This document shows positions 23,538-35,945 of a stretch of 64,000 bases of DNA, piece after piece (within the stretch, counting starts at the first letter, position 1; each line of letters opens with the position of its first letter). Below the pieces are notes generated by a model that was given only the letters and a program-made list of their open reading frames with translations, did no database searches and was not told the DNA's origin. The stretch is taken from positions 76,905,131 through 76,969,130 of the forward strand of contig NC_083416.1 in assembly GCF_020745735.1 (NCBI RefSeq). The letters are read 5' to 3'. Origin of the DNA: Hemiscyllium ocellatum (taxonomy: Eukaryota). Made by a program: the position numbers and the translations under genes.

Positions 23538-23675
23538 TGCTTCCAATTAAACCTGTTGGACTATAACCTGGTGTTGTGTGATTTTTAACTTCATTTACAC
23601 ATGCACAGTATATGGGCTGTGACCAGCCAGCTCAAAGCCAGTCCCTAGACTGAGGAGACATTCTGAATCCCCTGT

Positions 23676-24311
23676 TTTTTTTCTTTTTTTCTTTTTTATA
23701 TTTTTTCAGAGTGAACAGGATGTCTGACACTCCTGTTCTTTTTTTTCTTTTTACCCTCACACTCCCGCCTAACTGCGGTAGTGCTTATATTTTCCCCCAG
23801 CACCCATGTTGTGTGTGTGTAGGTGTGAGACACAGTGAAAGACACAAGGTGCATGAATCTTTATTCAGTTTCCACCACCAGGAAGATAGGAAACACCCGG
23901 GTGGTCAGTGACAAGCTGTGCCCTTCACGTCAAAGGGCAATGCTGTGTGACCAAACAGTGAAGGGGAGGGCAGGGACTAAATCAAAATAGAGTTGGAGGG
24001 GGAAATAATGCACTCCACTCCCTGCGGCGCCCACCTCTCCCTGAACAACTCCAGGGTGTTGGTGGACACCGCGTGCTCCTTTTCCAGAGACACCCGGGCT
24101 CTAACGTAACCGCAGAAGAGGGGAAAGCAATTGGCCCTAACGACCCCCTCCACGGCCCTCTGCCTGGACCTGTTTATGACTAGTTTGGCCAGGCCCAGGA
24201 GCAGACTCACGAGGAGGTCCTCAGACCTGCCCTCCCTGCTTCGTACCGGGTATCCGAAGATCAGGAGCGTGGGGCTGAAGTGTAGCCAAAAACAGAGAAG
24301 GAGGTTTTTGA
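23676..24311 (-). mobile_element. Tx1/L1-clade 3' end with A-rich tail, 11-bp TSD
   Basis: Peptide LLLGLAKLVINRSRQRAVEG...SPSNSILI nearly identical to the 10413 ORF end; T-rich run at 23676-23710; gaatcccctgt (23665-23675) and gaatcctctgt (24312-24322). Confidence 0.88.
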
Positions 24312-25275
24312 GAATCCTCTGTCAGCCAGGGCTCCACAATTGGCCCAGGTTAACAATCCCAATCAGGAATCTCACAATCAATAAGACCCACCCTGGCTTA
24401 GGTACCATCACTACACAGACGTTCCTTCAGAACATTGTTTTTGAAACAATTCTTTCTTATTTCAATCCACACTTGTAAAAGTCACCTAACGACACAGTTT
24501 TTACATGTTTCATATTGGCATTGTAAACAAAAAGGAGAGATATTATTTGTGATTCTACTCTGTGGTGTGGAAGAATCACAACAGTGGTAGATTTTCAACT
24601 TCAATTTTCAATTTCCATCATCTGATTTTAATCACTGAGGCCTTTCATTCACTAAAATGGCTTTAAAGGGGTAAGCACTGACCCTAGATGGGGTAAAGGG
24701 GTAAGCACTGACCCTAGATGGCTACAGCATTCACCTTGACCAAAGATTAAGGCAAGTTCAGGAAACAAATGTGAAATAAAATGGACTACCTGAACTGAAA
24801 TTCCAATTTTATATCTTTAAAAAAGACACGATTCACAGGATGTGGGCAGCATTTATTGTCCATTCACAACTGTATTTGAAAAGTTGGTGGTGAACTCTTG
24901 AACCACAACAGTCCATGGGGAACAAGTGAACTTACAATGTTGTTTGAGAGGGAGTTCAAGGATTTTGACCCCGCGACATTAACAGAACAGCGATATATTT
25001 CCAAGACAGAATGGTGAGTGGCTTCGAGGGGAACCTGCAGGGGTTGTTGTTCCTAGTTACCGTCTGCCCTAATCCTTCTGGATGGTAGTGGTTACAGTTT
25101 TGGAAGGTGCTGTCTCAAGAGCCTTGGAGAGTTGTTTGCAGTGCATCCTGTAGACAGTGTACACTGCTGCTATTAAGTATTGGTGCTGCTGGAGATGAGG
25201 TTCCAGTAAAGCTGGTTGTTCTGTCTTGGATGGTTTTGAGCTTACTGATTGATGGCTGTACTCATCCAGGCAAGT

Positions 25276-26288
25276 GATGCTCTCCACCGCATCTCATCCA
25301 CTTCCCGCTCCTCCGCCCTTGAGCCCTGTCCCTCCAATCGCACCAGGACAGAATCCCACTGGTTCTCAACTACCACCACACCAACCTCCAGATACATCGT
25401 ATTATCCGTTGTCATTTCCACCACCTCCAAACGGACCCCACCACAAAGGATATATTTCCCTCCCCTCCCCAATCAGCGTTCCGAAAAGACCACTCCCTCT
25501 GTGACTCCCTCGTCAGGTCCACAACCCCCCACCAACCCAACCTCCACTCCCAGCACCTTCCCCTGCAACCGCAAGAAATGCAAAACTTGCGCCCATACCC
25601 CCCCCCCTTGCTTCACTCCAAGGCCCCAAGGGATCTTTCCATATCCGCCACAAATTCACCTGCACCTCCATACACATCATTTACTGCATCTGCTGCACCT
25701 GATGTGGCCTCCTCTATATTGGGGAGACAGGCCGCCTACTTGCGGAACGTTTCAGAGAACACCTCTGGGACACTCGGACCAACCAACCCAACCACCCCGT
25801 GGCTCAACACTTCAACTCCCCCTCCCACTCCTTGGACTCCTCCATCGCCAGACTAAAGCAACACGACGGCTGGAGGAAGAGCGCCTCATCTTCCGCCTAG
25901 GAACCCTCCAACCACAAGGGATGAATTCAGATTTCTCCAGTTTCCTCATTTCCCCTTCCCCCACCTTGTCTCAGTCCCAACCCTCGAACTCAGCACCACC
26001 TTCCTAACCTAAAATCTTCTTCCTGACCTCTCCGCCCCCACCTCCACTCCGGCCTATCACCCTCACCTTAACCTCCTTCCACCTATCGCATTTCCAACGC
26101 CCCTCCCCCAAGTCCCTCCTCCCTACCTTTTATCTTAGCCTGCTTGGCACACTTTCCTCATTCCTGAAGAAGGGCTCATGCCCGAAACGTCGATTCTCCT
26201 GCTCCTTGGATGGTGCCTGACCGGCTACGCTTTTCCAGCAACACATTTTCAGCTCTGATCTCCAGCATCTTCAGTCCTCACTTTCTCC
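25276..26288 (+). mobile_element. Penelope-like family A, 5'-truncated
   Basis: Linker FPCNRKKCKTCAH, GIY-YIG and RRLEEERLIFRLGTLQPQGMNSDFSSF; full 3' tail ending ctttctcc. Confidence 0.9.
26160..26195 (+). ncRNA. Minimal hammerhead ribozyme motif, family A
   Basis: auuc CUGAAGA A GGGC-ucau-GCCC GAAA CG UC gauu. Confidence 0.68.
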
Positions 26289-27982
26289 TATTCCATCACA
26301 CACCTGTCTTATGCCTTCTAGATTAGGGTAGCTGTCAGAAGTCAGGAGATAAGTTATTCACTGCGGGGTTCCTAACCCCTGACCTGCTCTAGCTGACCTA
26401 AAGTGGCAGGTCCAGTTTAGTTTCTGGTCAATGGTAACCCCAGGATGTTGATCGCGATAATGCCATTGAATATCAAGAAGTGCTGGTTGGATTCTTCTTC
26501 ATTGGAGATGGTCATTGCCTGGAACTTGTGTGGAATGAATGTTAATTGTCTCTTAATAACCCAAATCTAAAAGTTGAGGAAGTCTTTCAATTATGGACAT
26601 GGACTCTTTCAGTGTCGGAGGAGTTGCGAATGGTACTGAACATTGTACAATCATCAGTGAACACCCCCACCTCTGAACTTATTATGAAGGAAGGTCATTG
26701 GTGAAGCAGCTGAAGATAGTTGGGCCGAGGACATTATGGTGAGGAACTCTGGGAGAGATGTCCTGGAGCTGAAATGACTGACTCCATCAACCACAACCAT
26801 CTTCCTGTGTGTCAGATATGACGCTAACTAGTGAAGAGCTTGCCCCCTGATACCCATTGACTACAGTTTTGCTAAGGCTTCTGGATGCCACACTCAGTCA
26901 AATTCAGCCTTGATGTCAAGAGCTCTCACTCTCACCTCCCCATCTGGAATTCATGCTTTCGTCCATACTTGAACCAAGGCTGTAATGAGATCAGGAGCTG
27001 AGTGGCCCTGGCAGAACCCAAACTGGGTGTCACTGAGCAGGTTATTGCTGAACAGGTGCTGCCTGATAGCCCTGTTGATGACACTGTCCATCACTGTACT
27101 GATCGAGAGTAGACTGGCGGGACAGTAATTGGCCGGGTTGGATTTGCCCTGCTTTGTGCGTACAGGACACACCTGGGCAATTTACCACATTGTTACGTAG
27201 ATACCAGTAATGTAGCTTTACTGGATCAGCTTGGCTAGGGGAGCGGCAATCTCCCAAGCACAAGTCTTCAGTCCTATTGCCAGATTGTGTCAGGGCCCAT
27301 AGCTTTTTCAATGTCAAGTACCTTCAGCTGTTTTTCACGTCATGTGAAGTGAGATCACAGGAGGAGGCCGAGATAGTTCACTCACTCAGCACTTCTGGTC
27401 AAGATAGCAGCGCAAGCTTCCGCCTTATGTTTGGTACTGATGTGCTGGGCTCTTCCATCATTGAGGATGGGGATATTTGTGAGGTATCCTCCTCCAGTGA
27501 GTCGTTCAATTGTCCACAACCATTCATAACTGAATGTGGCAGAACTGCAGAGATCCATTGGTTATGGGATCGCCTAGCTCTGTCTATCATATGCAATAAA
27601 TGCTGTCTGGCATGCAACTAGCCCTGTTTGGTAGCTTCACCAGGTTGGCACCTCATTATTAGTTATGCCTACTGCTGCTCCTGGCATGCCCTGATGCACT
27701 CTCCATTGGCCCAGGGTTGATCCCCTATCTTGATGATAGTGGTTGAGTGCCGGGCCATGAGGTTACAGATTGTGCTGGAGTACAGTTCTGCTGCTGTGGA
27801 TGGCCCACAATGCCTCATGGATGCCCAGTCTTCAACTTCTACATTTGTTTGAATTCTATCCCATTTACCACAATGGTTAATGCCACAATGGAGGGTATCT
27901 TCAATGTGCTGGGGCCACAATTATTGATAAAAATATAAATAACGTGGATGAGGAAAGTGAATGCACTATAGTAATGTTTTTT

Positions 27983-28262
27983 TAGATTAGATTACTTACA
28001 GTGTGGAAACAGGCCCTTCAGCCCAACAAGTCCACACCGACCTGCAACCCACCCATACCTAACACTACGGGCAATTTAGCATGGCCAATTCACCTGACCT
28101 GCACATCTTTAGACTGTGGGAGGAAACTGGAGCACCCGGAGGAAACCCACGCAGACACAGGGAGAATGTGCAAACCCCACACAGTCAGTCGTCTGAGGCA
28201 GGAATTGAACCTGGGTCTCTGGTGCTGTGAGGCAGCAGTGCTAACTACTGTGCCACCGTGCA
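27983..28262 (-). mobile_element. HE1-like V-SINE
   Basis: TTAGA tail, V domain, tRNA-like head. Confidence 0.85.
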
Positions 28263-28274
28263 GACCACATGTTT

Positions 28275-29140
28275 CTGGAAGACACAACAATAAAGTGGAA
28301 AGGCTAGTGGTGAGGACACAACATAGAGTCTTCAAAGGGATTGAGACAGATTAAGTGAATGGCAAAACCTGAGTAGATGGAAAATAATGTGGGACAAAGT
28401 AAAGCTATGCACGTTGAGAGGAAGAAAAGAAGAGTTGAATATTACTTAAATGAGGAAGGGATGCATCAAGCTGTAGCACTGAAGGATTTCGGGATCCTTG
28501 TGCATAAATCACAAAGGGTGAGGTCAGCGGAGAACAGAAATGACCGATGGAAGTTTAGTCATTATTTCAAAGTGAATGGAGTATAAAAATAGGGAGATCT
28601 CACTAAAACTGTACAACGCATTGGTCGAAATACCATGAACCATTTTCAGCCCCTTATCTAAGGAAAGGTATACCAGAGGCAGACCAGAGGAAGGTTCATC
28701 AGGCGGATACCAGATATGGAAGCATTGTCTTCTGAGGAGAGATTGAGTAGTTTGGGCTTGTACTCATTGGAATACATAATATGGGGCAAACTTATTGAAA
28801 TATACCAGATTCTTAGAGAACTTGACAGGGTAGATGTGGAAAGATTGCTTCCCCTTGTAGGAGAGTCAAGGACCTGAGGGCATCATCTCAGAATAAGGGC
28901 TCATATATTTAAGAGGAAAATGAGAAGGAATTCCTTCTCTCAGAATGTAGTGACTCTGTGGAACTCTTTGCCAGAGAGGGCTGTTGAGCCTGGGTCATTG
29001 AGAATATTCAAGGCTGAGACAGATTTTTAATCAGGAAGGGAATCAAGTGTTAAGACAGGAAAGTAGAGTGGAGGGTTGTCATATCATACAACATAGACAC
29101 AGTAAGCCTATTTCTGCTCCTGTCTAATGGTCTTAACTGA
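28275..29140 (+). mobile_element. CR1 LINE 3' fragment (RT C-terminal half), degenerate
   Basis: ttaagtgaatggcaaaa...aatgtgggacaaagt...ggagtataaaaatagggag...tcagaataagggc...ttcaaggctgag. Confidence 0.75.
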
Positions 29141-29764
29141 GACGCTTGCTTGACCATTTCAGAGCTGGGTGGGTCTGTGGGTCTGGAGTCACATGTAGTT
29201 CAGACCGGGGAGGCGCTAAATCAGCTCACCTCTTTTTTGTCCCCTCTCGGTCGATTATTATTTAAGCACACAGCTGTTCCACTTCGAGTTTGACAAATCA
29301 GTCATAAATATTAATGTTTTTTCTGAATCCAAGAAGGACGAATTTTATTACGTACTAACCCTAAGAAAAATGATAAAATGTGACATTGAACAGACACAGG
29401 TGATAAGTTTAAGGAGAGAGCATTAGAAATGTAGGGCGACATAGTTTCTTGGAGTATTTGAGATGTTAAATTTTAAGTTGAGACCACGATTGATTTTTAT
29501 CATGAACGGATTCTCAATAAAGAGACGTTTCTCAATAAACAGTAATTTCTCAAATTTGCTTTTCTATCAAGTGCAGATTTTGAGATCATGATGAGGAAAC
29601 AGGGAGAGCATCGCGGCTCCTTGGGGCTCCTTCACTAACTTCCATCGTAGCTCACTCCACAGATTCCCACTAACACTCCCCCTCCAATGATAAGGCAGCC
29701 ATCTTTAAAAATCAGATTCCAGAAACAATTCTCTGCAGCCAAATCCAGAGGAAGACACAAGCCT

Positions 29765-30130
29765 TAGTTGGAGGGGTTTCGAAAAGCATGTTAAAGAAGG
29801 GGCACGAGATCGAGAGACTCAGGAAATGGTTCCAGAGTTCAGGGCCTAGGCAGCTTAAAGTACAGTGAAACAATTAAACTCAGGTATGCGCAAAAGGACA
29901 GAGCTGGACAGATCTCAAGGAGGTGCAGGCCTGGAGGAGATGACGCAGATAGGGAGGGTAAGCCCATGAAAGGTATTTGCAAAACAAGGATTAGAATTTT
30001 GCAGTTGAGCGCGTCATGCAGAGAACCAATAGAGATCAATGGGTGGGAGTGGACAGGAGTGAGTGTGAATCCAAGCCACAGGGATATGGATGACATCAAG
30101 TTTACACAATATGAAGCTGGTCATGAGGGG
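29765..30130 (-). mobile_element. L2-like LINE fragment
   Basis: ttccagagttcagggcctaggcagc...ctggaggagatgacgcagatagggaggg...ttgcaaaacaaggattagaatttt; contains one degenerate copy of the minisatellite unit. Confidence 0.55.
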
Positions 30131-30393
30131 CATTAGAATTGGGAAATATGGAGGGTAACCCAGGCACTGATGAGGATTCAGGAGCAGATGGACTGTGTGT
30201 TCTAAAATAGTAGCTCTGCAGTCCTCCCCCCCTCATGCCAGGGGCAGTTAGGGATGGGGCAATAATTCCTGGATCTTGCACATGTCACTAATGTCCTAAC
30301 AATGAACCAAACGGCAAGGTGTAATGGTATAAAGGGGAGAGGAGTAATGTTACACACAGCAGAGAGACTGTCATGTCCTTTTCCTCTGACTTT

Positions 30394-31072
30394 TGTTATG
30401 AAGATGTGGTAATACTGTACCTTAAAGAGAGTTAAAAAATAGCTGAACTACCTGACAGCACCAAGTGTTCTGAACATGATATAATGTAACCTTTTGGTCC
30501 AGCAGCTAGTGTAGCTGATTGCCTGGAGACAAAACCAAACTTGAACTAGGCCAATCAGTTTAAATTATACTCCAAACTCCAATCAAGTTTTAATTTAGTA
30601 TGTTGACAATATTAAAAGCCAATGGCACAATCCAATGTTTTAGGGATATAAGACCAGGAAAAATTGAACAGTTTGCTAAAAGACCAACAAATGTAGGCTG
30701 CTAGTGAGAAATCTCTGAGAGGGACCTATCTAGAGAAAGTGTTTGTACAGAGAAAAAACATCGACACCAACCTAGAGAGCAAATCTACAGAGGAAAGAGT
30801 CAACAGTTGGCTGGTTCTGAAATTTGACTTTTGATAAATCTTAATCGGGGGTTTTATCGGATTAGTATTATAGAAAATAAAAGATAGGTTGGACGAAGGA
30901 GTTGTAAATAGTCAGTTAATTATTGTCTGTTATACTTTAAGAAATAAAGTTGTTTCTTTTTACTTTGACTTGTTCTAGGGCCTCTCGAATTTTCACAGAT
31001 TACTGCACGGGATAAATCTTTTCTGTGGTGTTGGTTTAAAATTAACAGGGGGGTTTACCCCATGTCATAACA
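30394..31072 (+). mobile_element. Solo LTR, 679 bp
   Basis: Perfect 8-bp terminal inverted repeat TGTTATGA...TCATAACA; several CCAAT, TATAA at 30647, AATAAA at 30943; flanks cttt/cctt (4-bp TSD, 1 mismatch). Confidence 0.8.
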
Positions 31073-32694
31073 CCTTCCAAATATCATTGCAACAAAGGTT
31101 GCAACAAATCCAAATACTTTTCACTCACTTTTACGAATCACATCAATCAGAAACTATTCTCTGATCCCCAATGGATCTTGAAATTGTTCTGAAAAGCCCA
31201 CCAAATGGATTCACCACTGTGCCATATGAGGTGACAATGCAGGATCTACAAAACATTGCCCAGGGACTCATCATTGACAATGATCTTCTATCCGCTATCA
31301 ACCGGTATACTAAATTAATGCCTGCATTTCTTAACAATATCCACCAGCAACCCAACTACAAGCTTGAAAACTAATTTATTTAAGCAAAGTTTCATTGTAA
31401 TGTTCAAAACTTTAAAAACAGCACAGCCTTAAGATGCAAAGCCACACAAGCAACATCAGGAACAATGATGATCAGTTCACTCTGATACAATCCGTACTAA
31501 TTCAAACTAAAATGATTGGGTCAACCAGGAAAAATCTCCCACTTTTAAAGAAGCGTTCTGATTCTAAACTCGTCACTGCCAAATATTTTCAAATAACATT
31601 TTCAATATGAGTTGCAAATTAAAAAAACACCGTAATGCTCCACATTATTCAAATTCAAGATTACCAAGGAAGATTAAAGATTAAACTCAAGATTAAACAA
31701 GAGATATTGTTTAAAACTGAGGAGACTCCAGAGACAATTGCAGACTGATGGAAATGGGGAAGCCATTCACCAACCTGCCCACGGCAACAACATCATGTTG
31801 TTAGTTGATTTTCTCAGAGGCCAAGATGATAATAGCCATGGTTTAACCTGTGAGAGGTGGCTGTCAGGTAGCATTGGATCAAGCTACGTGAAGTGCAGCC
31901 ATTTATCCAGCTCAGGATTTCACTTCCCGGCATCCGGATAACTAACAGTTAGCTTTGGCCACAGGAGCTGAGTGCCTGGTCATGCTTATCTGTCTGGTTA
32001 ATATTGTTGGCATGGCCAAACACCAGTGGGGAGCCTTGGACTTGGCAATGAGAGGGTGAGGAGAGAAAAGTTTTGACCTTTGACTCGGTGATGGTCAAGG
32101 GCATTAGCCTGTCCATAGGGAGTTTGTTTCCCTCAGGCTTTGGGGAAATTGCCCAAAATGGGATCAAATGGAGATTCAGGATTTTCACTCTAATCATGAC
32201 TGCATCATCATTCCACAGCAAGATGCCATTCCGAACTCAGGGTGAGCTAGGCACGCTACCCACAGAGGCCCAGACGGCTGTGGTAAGTGGCCATTTTTCA
32301 TCACTAATTCTGGTGTTTGATTCTGCAGGGAACTCAAATTCCTTAATCTGCTCTGGCCTGTTCATGCTGCAATGTCTGATGGCTTGAGAGCTGAGCCTCC
32401 CCATCTCATTGCAGGAGCGGGAATGGGAGAGGGGAATATGACCGATAAAGCGAGATACGGTCAAGCAGGGAAGAACTCATGTGGAGCATAAACACTAACA
32501 TGGACTAGATGGGCTGAATGTCCTGTGTGGTCCATGTGAATGCTCACAGATGTAAGGTTCTCGCAAGTTTAGCCTAATGCATGAATTGCAGATAAAACGG
32601 CCTCAGTGAGAAAACATTCAAAGACCTAAGGACACATTCCAGTTTTGGCATAATTTCGAATCTCTGTGCAAACGATTGCAAATTCAACTTCCTT

Positions 32695-33150
32695 TCTCTA
32701 TTTAGAGACCTTTGGTCAAGCCACATTTGGAGCATTGTGTGAAGTTCCAGTCCCCGCACTATAGGAAGGATGTCGAGGCTTTGGAGAAGGTTACCAGGAT
32801 GCTGCCTGGATTGGATTTGTATTACCTACAGGGAGAGGCTAGAAAATCTCATATCATTTTAGCTAGAACATCTGAGACTGCGGAGCTACCTGATAGAAGT
32901 GTATAAAGTTATAAGAGGCGTGGAGAGGGTAGATATATCGACGGAGGTGTTTTCCCAGGCTAGAAATGTCAGATACAAGAGGGCATAAGTTTAAGGAGAG
33001 AAGAGGCAAGTTTAAAGGAGATGTGTGGGGCACTTTTTTTTCAAACACAGAGAGTGGTAGGTATCTGGAACTTGCTGCCAAAGGGAGGTGATGGAAGCAG
33101 ATACAATACCAACATTTAAAATAGGCATTTAGACACATGAACATGCAGGA
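32695..33150 (+). mobile_element. CR1 3' fragment followed by Penelope tail (33150-33225, minus)
   Basis: VKPHLEHCVKFQSPHYRKDVEALEKV peptide typical of the CR1 RT C-terminus. Confidence 0.8.
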
Positions 33151-34631
33151 ACTGCAGATGCTGGAGATCCGAGTCAAAACGTATGGTGCTGGAAAAGCAC
33201 AGCTGGTCAGGCAGCATCCAAAGAAATAGAGGAATACAGACCATGTGCAGACAGATGGGATGAGTTTACTATGCTGTCATGGTCAGCACAGACATGATGA
33301 GCCAAAGGGCCTGTTCTTGTGTTCTGTTTGACGTTTTATTTTGGAAGTTCTTCTTCAGTTTAGGATTAGGTTAAGAATGGATGAGTTGGACTGCAGGATC
33401 TGTTTCCTAGCTGTATGGCTCTGACTGCACCCTTTTTAATAATATTATCGAAAGATGCCAGCCCTTTGAGATCTCCCCAGTGTAAGAGCCATCACCAAGA
33501 CACTCTCAGTCCCAGTCTGTAGCACACACCCTTCTATGCCCCTTTTCCCCAGCTTTAATCCTGTCTCATGTTTTAGGCTTTTGTCTCTCCATTTGGGTTC
33601 ACAATGGAAATAATTTCTGTAGGTGCATTTTTCAAACCAGATGCTCCTTCCAGAGTTGATGACAAAAGGGAATTGCAAATGTGAAAAACAAACAGCAGCA
33701 GGAATATCGACAGGAAAAAGAGGTTAGTAATTTGATCAGATCTTCAAACAGGCATGTTGCACAGACACAATGGATTTCATTGTCTTTCTCCAACTTGGGT
33801 GGGCCCTATGTTTCCCCCTCAATGGTACGGGATTTGATGAGCTTGCAGATAAGAAGTTACACATTTTCTCCTTTGTCATGACAGACATGGCACATCTGCT
33901 TTGTAACTGGTAACTGGTTTTGTGAGTGATTAAGAACTTGCATGCAATAGGCATGAGGAGACATTGGCCCTTTGCACCCCACATTCTCCTTGGTGTCTGA
34001 GTTTCATTGTGTTATACAACAGCATATTGAAGAAAAGAAAGATCGAGCAGATTTTGTCAAGTCTTTATTCTCATTGCCTTGAAGATTTCATCTCTCTCGA
34101 ATAGTTGCCTTTTCCCTGTGTACATGAATGTGTAGGAAGCAAAAAAATAGACAAAAGCACTGAAAAATTGGTTTGTGAATGGAAGTTTGTCATATTCCTG
34201 AAGGCTTCATCACATGACCTACTATTTCTATCTCCTCATTCAATGGTCACCCAACCTAAATGTCCATCTCAAATAACCTGTCCAAAAACTACCAGATTGG
34301 GGTGAGGCTTGAGTGTCAGTTGATCAGGACTTGTTACCCCCACTTCCACCAATAAAAAAACAAAACGGAAACAACATGTGGAATTATTTTGAAATTTGCC
34401 AATGGTTATTCTCCACCAATGTCCTGCCAATGAATCGCTCATTTTTGAAGGTTCCAGGAGATTTGGCAACCCTATCATTAAATCTTTTCCACTCACTATT
34501 CACACTCATAGGCCTTGATGATGGATTGAGGCCTTTTTGCTAGGCTCCAAGAACCAGGCAAAGACTTGACGTTTAATTTGAAGCCAGGCACTTCTATTGA
34601 CCAAAACAGAACACAAGAACAGAATCCTCCC

Positions 34632-34637
34632 TTTATT
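34632..34637 (-). terminator. Candidate CD74 polyadenylation signal
   Basis: AATAAA on the minus strand followed by GU-rich ggattctgttcttgtgttctgttttgg; implies a 3' UTR of about 1.3 kb. Other candidates exist. Confidence 0.3.
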
Positions 34638-35937
34638 GCAAAATATTTATCCCCATCTACAATTAAGCAATCACCATTGAGTTACAAATAAAAAAGATAA
34701 AGAAGCAATAACAGTTTTCACACGTTGCTTATAGACAATGACAGCTTTTAAAAAGTGATTGTGCATAATGACCTTCTGGTGATGGTCCTTCATCAGGATT
34801 ATGTCCTTTTTGTTATCATTTGGACAAGGCTTTGAGGGAGAAGGGTTATGATGGTCAATTTAGTGATATATGAACACTAGCATAGGCTAGCGGAACTGAA
34901 TGGTTTATTTCTGTTCTACATATTCTATGTAACCAAAAATCAGGTGCAGAGTTATAATGTGGGTGTTTCTGCAAGGTCTGGTGAAGGATAGCCTGGGAAT
35001 ATAAACAGATATCTTGATAAAAGACTCCAGCCTTTAATCATAAAAATATGGAGATGTGGGCAAAACGTCACTTCGCTTCAAAAAGCAAATTGCCATGGAA
35101 TAAATTTCAAATACATTGCCTGCTTCTGAACCCAAATGTGGGTGATGCTGGCAAAGCTGACATTTACTGAGCATCCCAATTGCCACTTGAGAAAGTGTTG
35201 GTGATAATCTTCTTCTGTGGTCTATGTGATGATAATCCTGTCACTGCTGTTAGTGGGGAACTAACTAAACCAGAGTAAATGAATGATTTGGGGTTGTAAT
35301 TCCAAATTGAAATGGATAGGCCAGTAGCGACAGGAGGATTGGAACTCATCAACAGAACACTCTATGAAGGGTCCCAACCTCACACTACTGTCTCATTTTG
35401 ATTCTCTGCCATTGTTCTGCGTGTCAGCAGAAGTTTATCATTAATCTCAGGGCTCCATTGCAAAGTTATTTAATTTCCTTTGCAGCAGTCTAGATTTTGT
35501 TGGAATTAAATAGGTCCTGTGTGGCATTTTAAAATCCAGGTCTCTTGCACTTCGGAATTAAATTATTGACAAGCTTCAAAGACCTTGAAATTCATGAAAC
35601 ATCATCGGCATTGTCCTGCTATAACTTGGCAAAAGAACAGAACCAACTTCTAGGGAGGGGGGGGATGATACTGGATGAAATGGAACGTCTAGTGGAAGTA
35701 AGTCTCTTTTTAGGGAAGTGAGCAATATCAACAATTCGGGCAATTTGTTCCTCTCTTAAAAAAAATCAGTGAGGACAGGTCTTTAAGAAAAATGGAAAGT
35801 ACATCAGCCAGATAAGGAGGTCAGCTCTCAATAGTTAGCGATCATACCCAAGGTTAATAAAAATCAGGAGTTGCAATTAATGTATGATGTCTGGAGTGAA
35901 GCTGGTCAGACTTTGCTTGCTTGTCCCCAGCGAGCTC

Positions 35938-35945
35938 TTAATTCA
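35938..35945 (-). CDS. CD74: CD74 last exon coding part: (M)N-stop, followed by 3' UTR
   Basis: Very strong acceptor ctttctttttcatttcag|TG AAT TAA; mirrors the very short phase-1 last coding exon of mammalian CD74. Confidence 0.65.

Larger units (their letters stand above)
21202..23587. mobile_element. Penelope-like (Neptune-type) family B inverted pair: minus arm about 21202-22416, plus arm about 22417-23587, 16-bp TSD
   Basis: GIY-YIG CDSANVVYLICCRQGCPGAWYIGETEQRL...NGHR on both arms; linker CHGRCCKTC; (CA)n-rich 3' UTR; flanks acttcatttacacgtg (21186-21201) and acttcatttacacatg (23588-23603). Confidence 0.9.
24830..27910 (-). mobile_element. L2-clade LINE, about 2 kb degenerate RT and 3' end, interrupted by Penelope 25276-26288
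   Basis: RT peptide KQGKSNPANYCPASLLS...HLFSNNLLSDTQFGFCQGHSAPDLITALVQ; 3' tail shared with 7100-7435. Confidence 0.75.

Noticed and set aside
32219-32282. Plus-strand 64-nt exon-like segment (cag|...|gtaagt)
   Set aside because: No partner exons or coding homology seen; cannot be supported without transcripts.
1-35000. Exons of a neighbouring gene (TCOF1 lies on this side of CD74 in human)
   Set aside because: No Ser/Glu-rich treacle repeats or Lys-rich tail found by eye; small exons could have been missed.
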